Positions 30,019 to 39,430 of a stretch of 57,845 bases of DNA are shown here, piece by piece (positions within the stretch are counted from its first letter, which is position 1; every line of letters starts with the position of its first letter). The translations under genes were made by a program, and so were the position numbers. Below the pieces are notes generated by a model. The model did no database searches. It had not been told where the DNA came from and worked only from the letters and a program-made list of their open reading frames with translations. The DNA is from a virus (taxonomy: Duplodnaviria; Caudoviricetes). The DNA is taken from positions 1-57,845 of the IMG/VR virus record IMGVR_UViG_3300026518_000668. The stretch is one strand, 5' to 3'.

Positions 30019-31184
30019 TGGATAACCTCCAGGTCGATATGGTCAGCCGAGCGCAGGCCAGAGCCGCTGACCCCGCCTTGCATGGTGGTGACAACCATCT
30101 GGTTGCCGTTGTGCTCCAGCAGCCCAGCGGCGCCCCGTGGCGCGGTCAGGGGTGCATAGCTTTGTCGGTTGGGTAGCTCAACGCTCCCGTCGGCACGGCC
30201 AATCACTTGGCCGTAGCGGCTGAACCACGCCACAGAGCCGTCAGGCAACGTCAGCTCAGTGCCAGCGATGCCGCCGAACTCCAGCACCGTGCGGCTGGTC
30301 ATGTCAGGCCCGCCCAGGCCGGTGATGAAATAGGTCTTGTCCGCACAAACGAAAATCCCGCCCTCTACGCTGGCCAGCAGCGTGACGGGCGCCGGGAACG
30401 GGATGTAGTCAGATTCGGGGTTGTGCAGATGCGGCCACATAGGGTGCGTGTGGTACAGAAACTTGCCCTGGGCGCCGACGATCAGCGCCTGATGGCTGAT
30501 CAGGTGCTCGCAGAACGGCAGGCTGTAGAGCCCAGCCGTCTCAAGCCGTGCTGAGTCATCGAGGATGCGCGGCGGGATCTTGTTTGTGCCGTAGGCAATG
30601 CCTTGGTGATACAGCGTCAGGCCGTTGGGCGTGCTGCAGTACAGCCGGCAGTCGCGCGCATCGTCCACATTGACCCGAATCGCCTGGCCCTCACCCACGC
30701 TGATAATCGCGGGCTGGCAGCCAGATTCAACACCAGCCTCAACCGCGGTCACCGCCACCTTGTAGATGCCAGGGCGCATATTGCCCGCCTCAACACCTAC
30801 GTCGAACGCCGGCGCAGGTACTGCCCAAGCGCGACGGTTCTCGCCAATACGCACGCTATCGGCCACGGTGTTCAGGAACAGCTCTCCCGCATGCCAGACC
30901 GCAGCAACAGGGCCATCAGCAACAGCACCCAGCAGGGTTTCGCCAACCGGCGTGACCTTAATCAGCTGGTCAGCAACAATCAGCGCCAAGGCATCACCGC
31001 CCATCTCAAACACCGCGCGCGTATCGGCCTCTTCGCGCACCGGCTCAAAGCCCGCCCGCAACTCAGCCTTGCCACCAGCCGTAAAGTCGACATTGATTGC
31101 CTCAACAACGGCGCCTTCCGGGAGCCGCTCGGCCTTGGCAATGTTGTTGCTGCCGGTGAATGTGTTTCTGCGCTTGATATCCAC
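30015..31184 (-). CDS. Virion structural protein (possible tail nozzle/stabilisation protein)
   Basis: 389 aa; F.G.NN....RLP......A.NVD N-terminus; first gene after the portal. Confidence 0.55.
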   Translation of the reverse strand: MDIKRRNTFTGSNNIAKAERLPEGAVVEAINVDFTAGGKAELRAGFEPVREEADTRAVFEMGGDALALIVADQLIKVTPVGETLLGAVADGPVAAVWHAGELFLNTVADSVRIGENRRAWAVPAPAFDVGVEAGNMRPGIYKVAVTAVEAGVESGCQPAIISVGEGQAIRVNVDDARDCRLYCSTPNGLTLYHQGIAYGTNKIPPRILDDSARLETAGLYSLPFCEHLISHQALIVGAQGKFLYHTHPMWPHLHNPESDYIPFPAPVTLLASVEGGIFVCADKTYFITGLGGPDMTSRTVLEFGGIAGTELTLPDGSVAWFSRYGQVIGRADGSVELPNRQSYAPLTAPRGAAGLLEHNGNQMVVTTMQGGVSGSGLRSADHIDLEVIQ

Positions 31185-31215
31185 GAACCTACCGCCACAG
31201 GGTTGCTATGGCGGC

Positions 31216-31254
31216 AGTGTCCGGGCCGGGCGTGGTCGGCGCTAACCCTACAGG
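31216..31254 (-). promoter_or_regulatory. Putative late promoter (tail block)
   Basis: CCTGTAGGGTT (31254-31244) + 22 nt + GACACT (31221-31216). Confidence 0.7.
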
Positions 31255-31257
31255 GGG

Positions 31258-33522
31258 TCACGGCAGGTTGTCGGTAGTCCTCTGCGTTTCGATGCCATCC
31301 ATGCCGCTGCCAGCCTGCTGCGCAACTGGTGGGAACTGAGGGCTGGTGTTGCCCTGCACATCCGGCCTGCCCTCACCCTGAACGTAAGGATCCTTCATCT
31401 GCACTGCCGCAGTTTCGGCAGCGGTCGGGAAATTCGGATCATCGCCGGCCGGCGTTGGCGCCTGGTATCCGGCAGACTGCATAACCGCATCAGCCACAGG
31501 CGCGATCTGCGGCATCTGGGCAATCTGAGCCCCGCTTTGCATGGCGCTGTAGGCCGCCTGCACGCCAATAAGCACCGCCTCGCGCCGAATCTTCTCGATT
31601 TCCGCATCGGTCTTGCCTTCCTTGATGTCCAGCTCGCGCATTTTCAGCTCTGCATTGCTGTTGGCCAGGGCCTGCTTGACCGCCTCGGCAATGCGCGCCT
31701 CGATCTGCTCTGGGGTGGCCTGCTCGCCAGCCGCCCTGATCGCCTCGACCACGTCCTTCTTGAATGGCACGTCCATGAGCGACACCAAGAACGGCACAAT
31801 CGCAGCCTGGTAGTTCTCCGGCAGGCTCTTGGCGGTTTCCGACAGGGCCGACAGCTGTTGCGCTCGGTAGCTGTTGGTGCTGGGCACGTCCTCAAGCGAC
31901 ACCTTCAGGCGAGTGCGCTGCAGGTCGTTCGACAGGTAGGTATACCCAGCCTCATCGCGCTCTGGCCTGTTCAGCACCACCACACGATCAGCACGCACCG
32001 CGTCGCCTTCAATGATGATGTTCTGCTGCTTTTCGCCCATATCTTCAACAATCATGGCGGTCAGCAGCTCACCGACCATAGACCGTGCCGCGCGAAAGTT
32101 GTCCATCATGCGGCCCAGTGCCTGGTTGGACTGCTCGACCTGTGTCGCCTCCTGCACACCAGAGCGCGCGGTACCCTCCTTACCCATGAACCCGGCAGTA
32201 ACGGCGCTGACACGCTGAATCGAGCTGCGGTTGTCCTGCATCAGCTGGAACTGCTGTTCATTCAATGCAAAGTCCCGCTTAACCTCGAACCGTGCACCCT
32301 GACGCGCCATGTGCTCAGCATTTAGAACAATGTCCGCGTCCACCCTGCCGATCTGCGAGCGGAACTGCGCATCGGTCATATCAACAGCGCCCTTGGTTCG
32401 CTCAGTGCGCACCGCAGACATCCCCCAGCGCAGCTTACTGATCCCACTGTTCAAACTGTCCTGCGGGTAGATCATTCCACGGACATACCCATACGGGATT
32501 CTTGTGCCGTCCTCACGGAAACCAAAGAACGGCACATACGGGAAGTGACGATGGGTGTAGGGTGATTTGCCCTCATACAGCTTGTGGGGCCCAAGCCAAT
32601 AGGAACGGAACACCCGGGCCACCACCGCAAAGAAATACTCCACGCTGTTTGAGGCAACGGCAACCTGGTGCTTGAGGTTGTTTTCGTCGTACTCAACAAC
32701 ACGGCCATCCGGCGCTCGCATCACCAACACCTCTTCCCAGCGGCGATACCAGAGCTCCGCCAGGCACACCTTGCGGGTCGTCGGGTTGTACCAGCGCTCT
32801 TCAGCAATAGTCCATGCACGCCCATCAGCCCAGGTATTTTGCAGCCCGGTACTGGTACCACCGTCACCGCCTTCAAGTGACTGCTGCGCCCACCAATCAG
32901 CACCATGTGTGCCCAGGGCCATGATCAGCTGCTTGTGGTCGGGGAATCGGCTGGCAATACGTCCTGGCTCCAGCCAACGCTGCCGGCGCAGCCATCGCGC
33001 ATCCGACAAGTCATCCTCAAGGGCCTGCATATCCCAGTGAATCTCGTTGCGGTGCACACCACTGCAGCGGTACGGGTACTTAAACGGGTCGCTCTCGCGG
33101 CTCACCTCAACCCAGCCGAGCCCCACGGCGATCTGAGGCCGGAATGCGTCCGAGCAGGCGCGGTCGGCCTTCGAGTGCCGTTCTGCCTGGTTCAGCCTGT
33201 AACTGATCGCATCGGCAACGTCCTGGCCGCCCGGGTCACCGTCAGGGGTTACCCGCCAATCAGTGCGGGTTCTGGTCTCATAGCCCTGAATCGACAGCAG
33301 CGCTGGGCCTACCAAGTCCTCCACCGCAGGCGGAATGCCCAGCGCCCGCTGTCGGCGCAGCAACTCCGAGTCCAGCTGGTTGCCGTCGGCATAATCCATT
33401 TCCTTGTCGGCGATCGTGCGCCAGTGCGGCTGCTCTTCGATCTCCTCCATGATCGCGGTGTACTCATCCAGCGTCATCGGGCCGGAACACTGCAGGGGAT
33501 CATATTCGTGCTGGGTATCCAT
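31258..33522 (-). CDS. Portal protein (P22-like)
   Basis: About 750 aa after TerL; YADGNQ, GLGWVEV, DLSDARW, FPYVPF..PYGYVR..PQD motifs. Confidence 0.9.
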   Translation of the reverse strand: MDTQHEYDPLQCSGPMTLDEYTAIMEEIEEQPHWRTIADKEMDYADGNQLDSELLRRQRALGIPPAVEDLVGPALLSIQGYETRTRTDWRVTPDGDPGGQDVADAISYRLNQAERHSKADRACSDAFRPQIAVGLGWVEVSRESDPFKYPYRCSGVHRNEIHWDMQALEDDLSDARWLRRQRWLEPGRIASRFPDHKQLIMALGTHGADWWAQQSLEGGDGGTSTGLQNTWADGRAWTIAEERWYNPTTRKVCLAELWYRRWEEVLVMRAPDGRVVEYDENNLKHQVAVASNSVEYFFAVVARVFRSYWLGPHKLYEGKSPYTHRHFPYVPFFGFREDGTRIPYGYVRGMIYPQDSLNSGISKLRWGMSAVRTERTKGAVDMTDAQFRSQIGRVDADIVLNAEHMARQGARFEVKRDFALNEQQFQLMQDNRSSIQRVSAVTAGFMGKEGTARSGVQEATQVEQSNQALGRMMDNFRAARSMVGELLTAMIVEDMGEKQQNIIIEGDAVRADRVVVLNRPERDEAGYTYLSNDLQRTRLKVSLEDVPSTNSYRAQQLSALSETAKSLPENYQAAIVPFLVSLMDVPFKKDVVEAIRAAGEQATPEQIEARIAEAVKQALANSNAELKMRELDIKEGKTDAEIEKIRREAVLIGVQAAYSAMQSGAQIAQMPQIAPVADAVMQSAGYQAPTPAGDDPNFPTAAETAAVQMKDPYVQGEGRPDVQGNTSPQFPPVAQQAGSGMDGIETQRTTDNLP

Positions 33523-33530
33523 GGTGGTCC

Positions 33531-34811
33531 TCATGTGCGCCAATCAGGCGCCTCTGGCTCTTCGTAACTGGGTTCCATCGTGCTGGGCATGATCGCGACG
33601 GCCTGGCCAACGTAACGGAACATATCGGCACCGTGGCTGTACTCGTCATGCAACGGGCCCATTGGCTCGTTCGTCTGGGTGTGTAATGCGCGGCGATAGC
33701 GTTTCAGGCACTCAACCAACCTGCCGGTCTTGTCCTTATCGAAGTAGCACCTAGGGAAGATCATGCGCACAGCCTTGATGCCTTCCTCAACACTGGTCTG
33801 TGCCAGCACATAGGGGTTGCGGCCCATTTCGCGCAGCAGCTCTTCGGTGCTCTTGCCGGTCTGAAAGTTGCGGGTTCGCCCGTCGTGCGGCAAATAGTCT
33901 GTCCCCCATCGAAAGGGGCGCTTTTCCATCTCGGCAACGTACCAGTCCAATGTGCGGTGGCTGTCCTCGATGTAGTCGATGATGCGGATGTCCTGCGGGC
34001 CACGCTGCACAAAGCCAATCGTCATCGCATCGTTCCAGCCCAGATCCCAGACGGTGTGCACAGGCAAGGTCGGGTCGTATGGCACGCGCTGGATACGCTT
34101 GTCAGCCAGCAGCGCCTCAAGTTCGTGCCGGTAGATCGCACCGGCAGCCACGGTGCGCGGCTTGCCTTCCCAGATGTGCTCATAGTCCTCTTTGCTCATG
34201 GTGCGCTTGGCCTTCAAGCGCTCCTGGTTAAGAACCTCCGGGAACCATGGGTTGTCACGCCAGTTGATTTCGCAAACCCAGGTGTCATCGCTCGCGGACC
34301 CAATGAACCGGACGTAGGTCTCGTCCGTGTCCATATCCGGGTTCAGGGTCAGCCAGATTTCACTGCCGTCTTTACGGATCGTCGGGGTGAGCACGTCCCA
34401 CGACTTCTTGCTGACGCCGTGAGCCTCTTCGACCCAAACAACGTCAACGCCTTCAAACGACTTGATCGAGTCGACCGTGTGCGACTGCAAACCCGTGAAC
34501 AGAAAAAGCGTGCCGTTCGCGCCACGAATCTCGGTGTCCAGCACCTCGTAGAACTCGGTCAGGCCCAGCTTGATGATGTAGTCCTTCAGCAGCCGGTGCA
34601 CCGAGTCACGCATCGACTTCTGAATCTCGCGCGCACACAGAATGCGCAGCGGCTTGCGGGCGCCCATATCGAGCAGCACCTGAGCAACGCCATGTGACTT
34701 ACCGCCACCGCGGCCGCCGTGCATCACCTTGTAGCGGCAGGGCTCGTAAAGCGGGGCCAGCTTGAATGGCAGGTTCAGGTCCAGCTCAAGCGGTTGGACG
34801 AAGGCCGTCAT
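33531..34811 (-). CDS. terL: Terminase large subunit (PBSX family)
   Basis: Walker A GGRGGGKS, CAREIQKS, Walker B VWVEEA, WDLG and HGADMFRY nuclease motifs. Confidence 0.95.
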   Translation of the reverse strand: MTAFVQPLELDLNLPFKLAPLYEPCRYKVMHGGRGGGKSHGVAQVLLDMGARKPLRILCAREIQKSMRDSVHRLLKDYIIKLGLTEFYEVLDTEIRGANGTLFLFTGLQSHTVDSIKSFEGVDVVWVEEAHGVSKKSWDVLTPTIRKDGSEIWLTLNPDMDTDETYVRFIGSASDDTWVCEINWRDNPWFPEVLNQERLKAKRTMSKEDYEHIWEGKPRTVAAGAIYRHELEALLADKRIQRVPYDPTLPVHTVWDLGWNDAMTIGFVQRGPQDIRIIDYIEDSHRTLDWYVAEMEKRPFRWGTDYLPHDGRTRNFQTGKSTEELLREMGRNPYVLAQTSVEEGIKAVRMIFPRCYFDKDKTGRLVECLKRYRRALHTQTNEPMGPLHDEYSHGADMFRYVGQAVAIMPSTMEPSYEEPEAPDWRT

Positions 34812-35365
34812 TCCTCATCGTCCTTCCGCTCAGGGGGCCGTACAAACGTGACCCTGCTGTGCACCTCGATCGCACCACCATTTGCACCAGTGTGCTCCTG
34901 CGTCACCTTATCGCCGTAACGCTTGGGGGCCATCTTGCTGGCCAGCCACTTCCGCGCGTCGACTCTCAGCCGGCTGCGGGCAATGTGGTCGTGGTCGATG
35001 AACGAGTTTCCGTCTTCGTCCTGATAGTTGTCATTGCTGCCGTCATCCGCAATCTGAAGTATCTCTTCGGCCAGCTTGTCGGCCTGAGCCTCGCGCGCGC
35101 GCGCGTATTGCTCTCGAAATTCGGCATTAGAATCGTCAGCCAGCCATCGCATCACAGTACCCAGCGCAGGCATCGTTTCGCTCTTGCAGATGCTGCGTAG
35201 GCTCAGCCCTTCTGCAATGCCAGTGCATATCGATAAAGCCAGGGCGTTGGTATAGGCGCTGGGTCGTCCCTTCTTCCGCACGCGCGGCTTTGCACCAGCC
35301 CTGCCTGCTGCTGGTGGCTTCTTCTTGCTGGATGCGGCTTTACCGCTTGGGGGAGTCTTGGCCAT
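34808..35365 (-). CDS. terS: Terminase small subunit
   Basis: GRPSAY..IC..IAEG.SLRSIC..MP...TV..WL, RSRLRVDARKWLASKMAPKRYGDK; start placed at ATG 35365. Confidence 0.9.
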   Translation of the reverse strand: MAKTPPSGKAASSKKKPPAAGRAGAKPRVRKKGRPSAYTNALALSICTGIAEGLSLRSICKSETMPALGTVMRWLADDSNAEFREQYARAREAQADKLAEEILQIADDGSNDNYQDEDGNSFIDHDHIARSRLRVDARKWLASKMAPKRYGDKVTQEHTGANGGAIEVHSRVTFVRPPERKDDEE

Positions 35366-35372
35366 GCCGGGG

Positions 35373-35411
35373 AGTGTTCCCGGCATGCCGTGTGGGGTCG
35401 AACTCTACAAG
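35373..35411 (-). promoter_or_regulatory. Putative late promoter (terminase), variant copy
   Basis: CTTGTAGAGTT (35411-35401) + 22 nt + AACACT (35378-35373); predicted +1 coincides with the terS ATG. Confidence 0.6.
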
Positions 35412-35926
35412 GGGTCAGCGACCCCGCAGGACTGGCCTTGAATGTCCAAACCGAGCTGCATTTCATTGTCACCCTTCAGCTCGGACCGTAGCCCACGTAC
35501 TTCACGCTCAAGCCTGCGGATCTTTGCAGCCAGCTCGGTGACCATCACTCCGGCTTGGTTGCCCAGTTCAATCTGAGTCGCCTGCAGCGCCCGAGCACCC
35601 AGCATTGCACCGAGTGTCCTGGCTTCCTTCGGGGTCAAGTGCAACACCTCATCGCCAATGTCGAGCACAACGGTGCCGTCGGGCAGTTCGGTGTGGCTTA
35701 TCTGCCGTGCCGGCTTGTGTGGTGCCAATGGCATGTATACGCCACGCTCAACGCGCACCAGGCGCCCATCGCCAACCAGCACCTTCAGCCGATCATCAAT
35801 GATCCCCGGCTTAAGGCCGGTGTGCTGCGCCAAAGAGTCACGGGTAACCAGCTGTTCCAAGTTATGCAGCTCTTCAGCGGCTTCCAGAATCAGGTTGGAG
35901 CTCGTCCGCCGATCATCATGTGCCAT
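35405..35926 (-). CDS. Winged-helix DNA-binding protein; candidate late-gene activator
   Basis: VTRDSLAQHTGLKPGIIDDRLKVLV..G.LVRVERGVY winged helix; last early gene before terS. Confidence 0.6.
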   Translation of the reverse strand: MAHDDRRTSSNLILEAAEELHNLEQLVTRDSLAQHTGLKPGIIDDRLKVLVGDGRLVRVERGVYMPLAPHKPARQISHTELPDGTVVLDIGDEVLHLTPKEARTLGAMLGARALQATQIELGNQAGVMVTELAAKIRRLEREVRGLRSELKGDNEMQLGLDIQGQSCGVADPL

Positions 35927-35973
35927 TGTGTGGTCCCCTTTTGTTCTGCAACCCAAGGCGTTCAATGCCCAAC

Positions 35974-36261
35974 TCAGTCACCGGTACGGTGGCCGCCAAC
36001 CCCATCACGCGGATGGTCCTGATAATCACGCTCCGGCCCCAACACATGCCCGCGGCGGATCAATGCCTGCTCCAGCAGGTCAGTACGCTGCAACGCAACA
36101 CTCAGCAGGCGCCCAACCTGCTGCGCGGTAGCCGGCTGGTCTCCATCAAGCCAGCCAATTCCATCGCAACGGGTGCAATCCAGGTCAAAGAAAACGCCCC
36201 GCGTCGTACCCTGCCCCACGCACACCTCGCACGGCTGCAGGAATCCATTGCCTTGCGTCAT
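35974..36261 (-). CDS. DnaJ-type zinc-finger protein
   Basis: CEVCVGQG...CTRCDGIG. Confidence 0.65.
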   Translation of the reverse strand: MTQGNGFLQPCEVCVGQGTTRGVFFDLDCTRCDGIGWLDGDQPATAQQVGRLLSVALQRTDLLEQALIRRGHVLGPERDYQDHPRDGVGGHRTGD

Positions 36262-36455
36262 CAGCCCTGCTCCCGGTGCTTTGTTACGCAGGTGTCCAAT
36301 TCGCCAGCGTCAGGACTCACAAACATCGCCCCATTGTCCGGGCTGGTCACAATGAACGACTCACCACCAGCCATAGACGAAACCTCCTTGCGGTAGCCAT
36401 CCGGTGTCATCCAGGCAACAGGCTGCCAATCCACTTGCTCAGTCAAAATACTCAT
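36261..36455 (-). CDS. Hypothetical protein
   Basis: Small ORF coupled to both neighbours. Confidence 0.5.
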   Translation of the reverse strand: MSILTEQVDWQPVAWMTPDGYRKEVSSMAGGESFIVTSPDNGAMFVSPDAGELDTCVTKHREQG

Positions 36456-36882
36456 ACTCCCAGCCGCCCTTCGACTTCTTCACCGCGATGAACCGAAACG
36501 GGTACTGATCTGCGGCAACCTTGATCTTCACCCGGGCGTCGTCGGTCCAAACGCCTTTCACTTCATGTATCTCCAGCAGCCCGTCAGCGCGCATCACGTT
36601 GTAATCCGCCGTGTAAAACGTCTTGTCTGCCAGGCGCAACTTGATGCCCTCAAACCGGTACCAAAGAATCTCCCCTGCCGTCAGCAGCAGCTGCAGGTGA
36701 TGCCCATACGCGGTTTCGGTCTTGTTTTTCTGACCCTGTTTGAGCCGCCCCAAGGCCTGCATTCGGCTCTTGGCATTCGCTGCCGGCCGGCGTCCTGGCG
36801 ACCGCGCACCGCCACCTTTCACCGTCGTTCTGCGCAAAACTTCATCCTCTACCTGTAGAAATGCAGCTTTCGGCTGTATCAC
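36439..36882 (-). CDS. DUF1064-like PD-(D/E)XK endonuclease
   Basis: NKTE..Y, YTADY, HEVKG, KIKVAA; true start may be TTG 36837. Confidence 0.7.
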   Translation of the reverse strand: MIQPKAAFLQVEDEVLRRTTVKGGGARSPGRRPAANAKSRMQALGRLKQGQKNKTETAYGHHLQLLLTAGEILWYRFEGIKLRLADKTFYTADYNVMRADGLLEIHEVKGVWTDDARVKIKVAADQYPFRFIAVKKSKGGWEYEYFD

Positions 36883-37852
36883 CCGCCACTACTGGGCTAG
36901 CCGGGTTTTGCAGAAATGCAGGAACAGCTACTTTTGCACCATGTGCGTCAGCAAATCCCAGTTCATCCAGCCGCGCATGCCACCGCTCCAACGCCTCCCG
37001 GCGCCGTGCCAGATCATCCCGGGTCAGGTAGGTTTCCACGGTCACCCCAAGTGAATGGTTCAGCAAGCGCTCGGCTACCGCATGGTCAATGCCAATGTCC
37101 GATAGGCTGTCGCGCATCAGCTTGCGCAGGTCGTGGCTCGTCCACGCCCGGTTGCTGATCCCACGCAGCAGCGCATGCCCGCTTGATGGCGACATAGGCC
37201 CACCACCACGCACCGCAAACATCCAGGTAGCTTTGCGCGCGCTCGGCAGCGCCTCCCGGTACCGCTGCAGCAGGGCCAGGGCCTGCGGAGTCACAGGTAG
37301 CAGGTGCTCACGCTTGCTCTTCGTGTTGCTCGCCGGTATCACCCACATACGCTGGTCCAGCGATACATGCCCCCACTCCGCCAGCAGCGTCTCGGTTATC
37401 CGCGTGCCATGGGCCAGCATCATCAGCGGCAGCATCGCTTTGGGAGGGTCATCGGTGAACGCCCGCACCAGCAGCTCCACCAGGTGCGGCAGGTCAATGC
37501 GTGACAGCTGGGCCGGCTTCGGCGGCAGCTTGCCCTTGTAGAAATCACGGAAGGTCGTACCAGCCAGCGGGTTACCATCAATACGCCCCTGCCGCTCAGC
37601 CATTCGAAATGCCTGGCCAAGCCCCTGCAGCGCCTTCTGGATGGTCCTTGGCTTCAGCACCTCATGCAGCGGAAACACCAGCTGATCATCCATCAGCACC
37701 CGGGTTACCTTGCCGATACGCACCTTCCCAATCGCCGGGATAACGTGCTTGCGCATCAGGCTGCGCATGCTGCGTTGGTACGACGCAGACTTGGTCCTGT
37801 CCGCCTCGATCCGCGAAAGCCACCAGGTGACCACATCCCCAACAGTGCGCAT
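36842..37852 (-). CDS. Second tyrosine recombinase (core-binding and catalytic domains only)
   Basis: HGTRITE (R), NTKSKREH (K), HDLR, LLNH, ETY; start placed at ATG 37852. Confidence 0.85.
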   Translation of the reverse strand: MRTVGDVVTWWLSRIEADRTKSASYQRSMRSLMRKHVIPAIGKVRIGKVTRVLMDDQLVFPLHEVLKPRTIQKALQGLGQAFRMAERQGRIDGNPLAGTTFRDFYKGKLPPKPAQLSRIDLPHLVELLVRAFTDDPPKAMLPLMMLAHGTRITETLLAEWGHVSLDQRMWVIPASNTKSKREHLLPVTPQALALLQRYREALPSARKATWMFAVRGGGPMSPSSGHALLRGISNRAWTSHDLRKLMRDSLSDIGIDHAVAERLLNHSLGVTVETYLTRDDLARRREALERWHARLDELGFADAHGAKVAVPAFLQNPASPVVAGDTAESCISTGRG

Positions 37853-37862
37853 AAGCCTCGCC

Positions 37863-38006
37863 TCAGCCAACGTAAACCTCCAGTAACCTGTGCCCGCCAA
37901 ATCGGTCGACGCAGCCAGCAATGACCTGCTCCAGCGTCGCGCCCGCCATGTAGATCGCCGTACCGCCAGAGCCATCCACCAAGCGGAACCTGAAGCGCTT
38001 GCTCAC
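37863..38006 (-). CDS. Small hypothetical protein (47 aa, not in the ORF track)
   Basis: GTG start 1 nt after the P stop; MSKRFRFRLVDGSGGTAIYMAGATLEQVIAGCVDRFGGHRLLEVYVG fills the gap to the recombinase. Confidence 0.5.
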   Translation of the reverse strand: MSKRFRFRLVDGSGGTAIYMAGATLEQVIAGCVDRFGGHRLLEVYVG

Positions 38007-38007
38007 C

Positions 38008-38694
38008 TCACGCGCCACCGGCCAGAGTCGCCCTCAACGCACAAATCGCTTGGCGACCCTTCTCCGGATCCGCCAGTTTCGGCAGCGCCTTCTGGTCAGG
38101 CGGGGGCGCATCTGCCAGCACCACACCGTTCAGCAGCTGCTTCTGCACGTCGCGGTAGGCCTTCTCAAACCGCTCCCGCGACACATCCCCAGGCAGGCGC
38201 AGCAGCTTGTCCCGGCCGCACGCCAGCGCAGCGTGATAGATCGCCTTGTGGCTCCAAACCGCAGATCCGATGAACGCCGGGTGGGAGTTGCGCACAGCCT
38301 CCTGAAACGCAAGCCCCACGCCGGGCAATCCAAGCTCCTGCGGATCAGGCCAGCACCACTCCATGAACTCCCCCATCGCCGGCAAAAACGCAGCGGCGCG
38401 GCCGGTCCTGGCGCGGCAAACCTGCTTGCCCCGCTCAATCTGCTCAACACGCGTGATGCCGGCCTCCATGAACGCCTTGGTCCAGTTGCGCTTGGCGGTC
38501 TTCATCGCAGCAGCATCACCCCAGTCCCTGCGCCAGGCTGAGCAAATCGCCTGCAGGTCCGCAAACAGGTCGTTGACCACCTCGATGGTGCCATCGTCCA
38601 GCTTTGCCGGTTTCTGCGCGTCAGGGGCCGCAAGCGGGCCTTGCGGCCTGATCGTAGACACAGCTCCGCGCAGCAATTCGTCAGTCGGTTTCAT
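38008..38694 (-). CDS. Replication protein P-like helicase loader
   Basis: VN.LF..LQAI..AWR..W..KRNW.KAF.EAGI...EQI..G..FLP..GEF..WC. Confidence 0.8.
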   Translation of the reverse strand: MKPTDELLRGAVSTIRPQGPLAAPDAQKPAKLDDGTIEVVNDLFADLQAICSAWRRDWGDAAAMKTAKRNWTKAFMEAGITRVEQIERGKQVCRARTGRAAAFLPAMGEFMEWCWPDPQELGLPGVGLAFQEAVRNSHPAFIGSAVWSHKAIYHAALACGRDKLLRLPGDVSRERFEKAYRDVQKQLLNGVVLADAPPPDQKALPKLADPEKGRQAICALRATLAGGA

Positions 38695-38698
38695 GCTG

Positions 38699-39430
38699 TC
38701 ACCCCTCTTCCGCCCAGGACTTGTCGTGCACATCGGGGTCGCCGGCACTGCCCGCAGCAGGCCCCCGCCCGCCTCGCTTGGCGTGTTGCTGATCTCGGCG
38801 CACCCAGGCAACCAGCAGGCCCACAAACTGGGCCGGCGTTTTCATTTCGCCCTTGGCGTGGTGGTAAATCACGAACGGAGACAGGGCCTCGTCGGTGAAC
38901 AGGTCCGGGCTCATGCCGGCACGGCCCGCGTAAGCGGCAAGGAGGTCTGGCGGGGGTTTCCACTCCAGCGGCATCGAGAACGGCGCCCCTATAGAGAGAG
39001 ATATATCTATCTCTTCTCTAGGTAACGCGGTTTCTGCTGCGTCGCTAACGCTGGGCGCGTTACCTTTTGCGTTAGCTTTACCGTTAGTGGTTTTGTGATT
39101 TGCTACGCGCCGCGCCGTTAAAGCTCTATTTTTCGCGGACTTACCGTTGTGTCGGATAAAGTTGGGCAGCGATATCAAATCACCGTCATCATCCATCCAA
39201 CCAACGGCAACCATGTGCTCGCAGAAGCGCTCAACGCCAACCAGCCGATTAAGCAATTTTTTGGTAACGCTCGGAGCGTTACCATTTTTCGTCTGCTGAT
39301 CGAACCAACCCCACACGCGCAGCAGCTTGCCCAGCACCGCGTCAATGTCGATGTCAGCCAGATCCGCAATCTGGCACACCTCAGGCTTGTCCAGGGTAGC
39401 AAGCTCAAACTTAATCCAGTCACCCGCCAT
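38699..39430 (-). CDS. Replication initiator (O-like, DnaT-like C-terminus)
   Basis: MAGDWIK....DKPEV..GKL.RVW.WFD..LPNF.RHNG.SAK.RA; contains iteron-like repeats. Confidence 0.8.
   Translation of the reverse strand: MAGDWIKFELATLDKPEVCQIADLADIDIDAVLGKLLRVWGWFDQQTKNGNAPSVTKKLLNRLVGVERFCEHMVAVGWMDDDGDLISLPNFIRHNGKSAKNRALTARRVANHKTTNGKANAKGNAPSVSDAAETALPREEIDISLSIGAPFSMPLEWKPPPDLLAAYAGRAGMSPDLFTDEALSPFVIYHHAKGEMKTPAQFVGLLVAWVRRDQQHAKRGGRGPAAGSAGDPDVHDKSWAEEG
38991..39284. repeat. Probable replication origin iterons inside the initiator gene
   Basis: G(G/C)TAACGC or its complement at 39021, 39044, 39057, 39069; palindrome TGGTAACGCTC-G-GAGCGTTACCA at 39262-39284; AT-rich patch at 38991-39020. 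Confidence 0.7.

Noticed and set aside
37853-37975. N-terminal extension of the second recombinase in the ORF track
   Set aside because: Sequence is not protein-like; a coupled 47-aa ORF in another frame explains the region better
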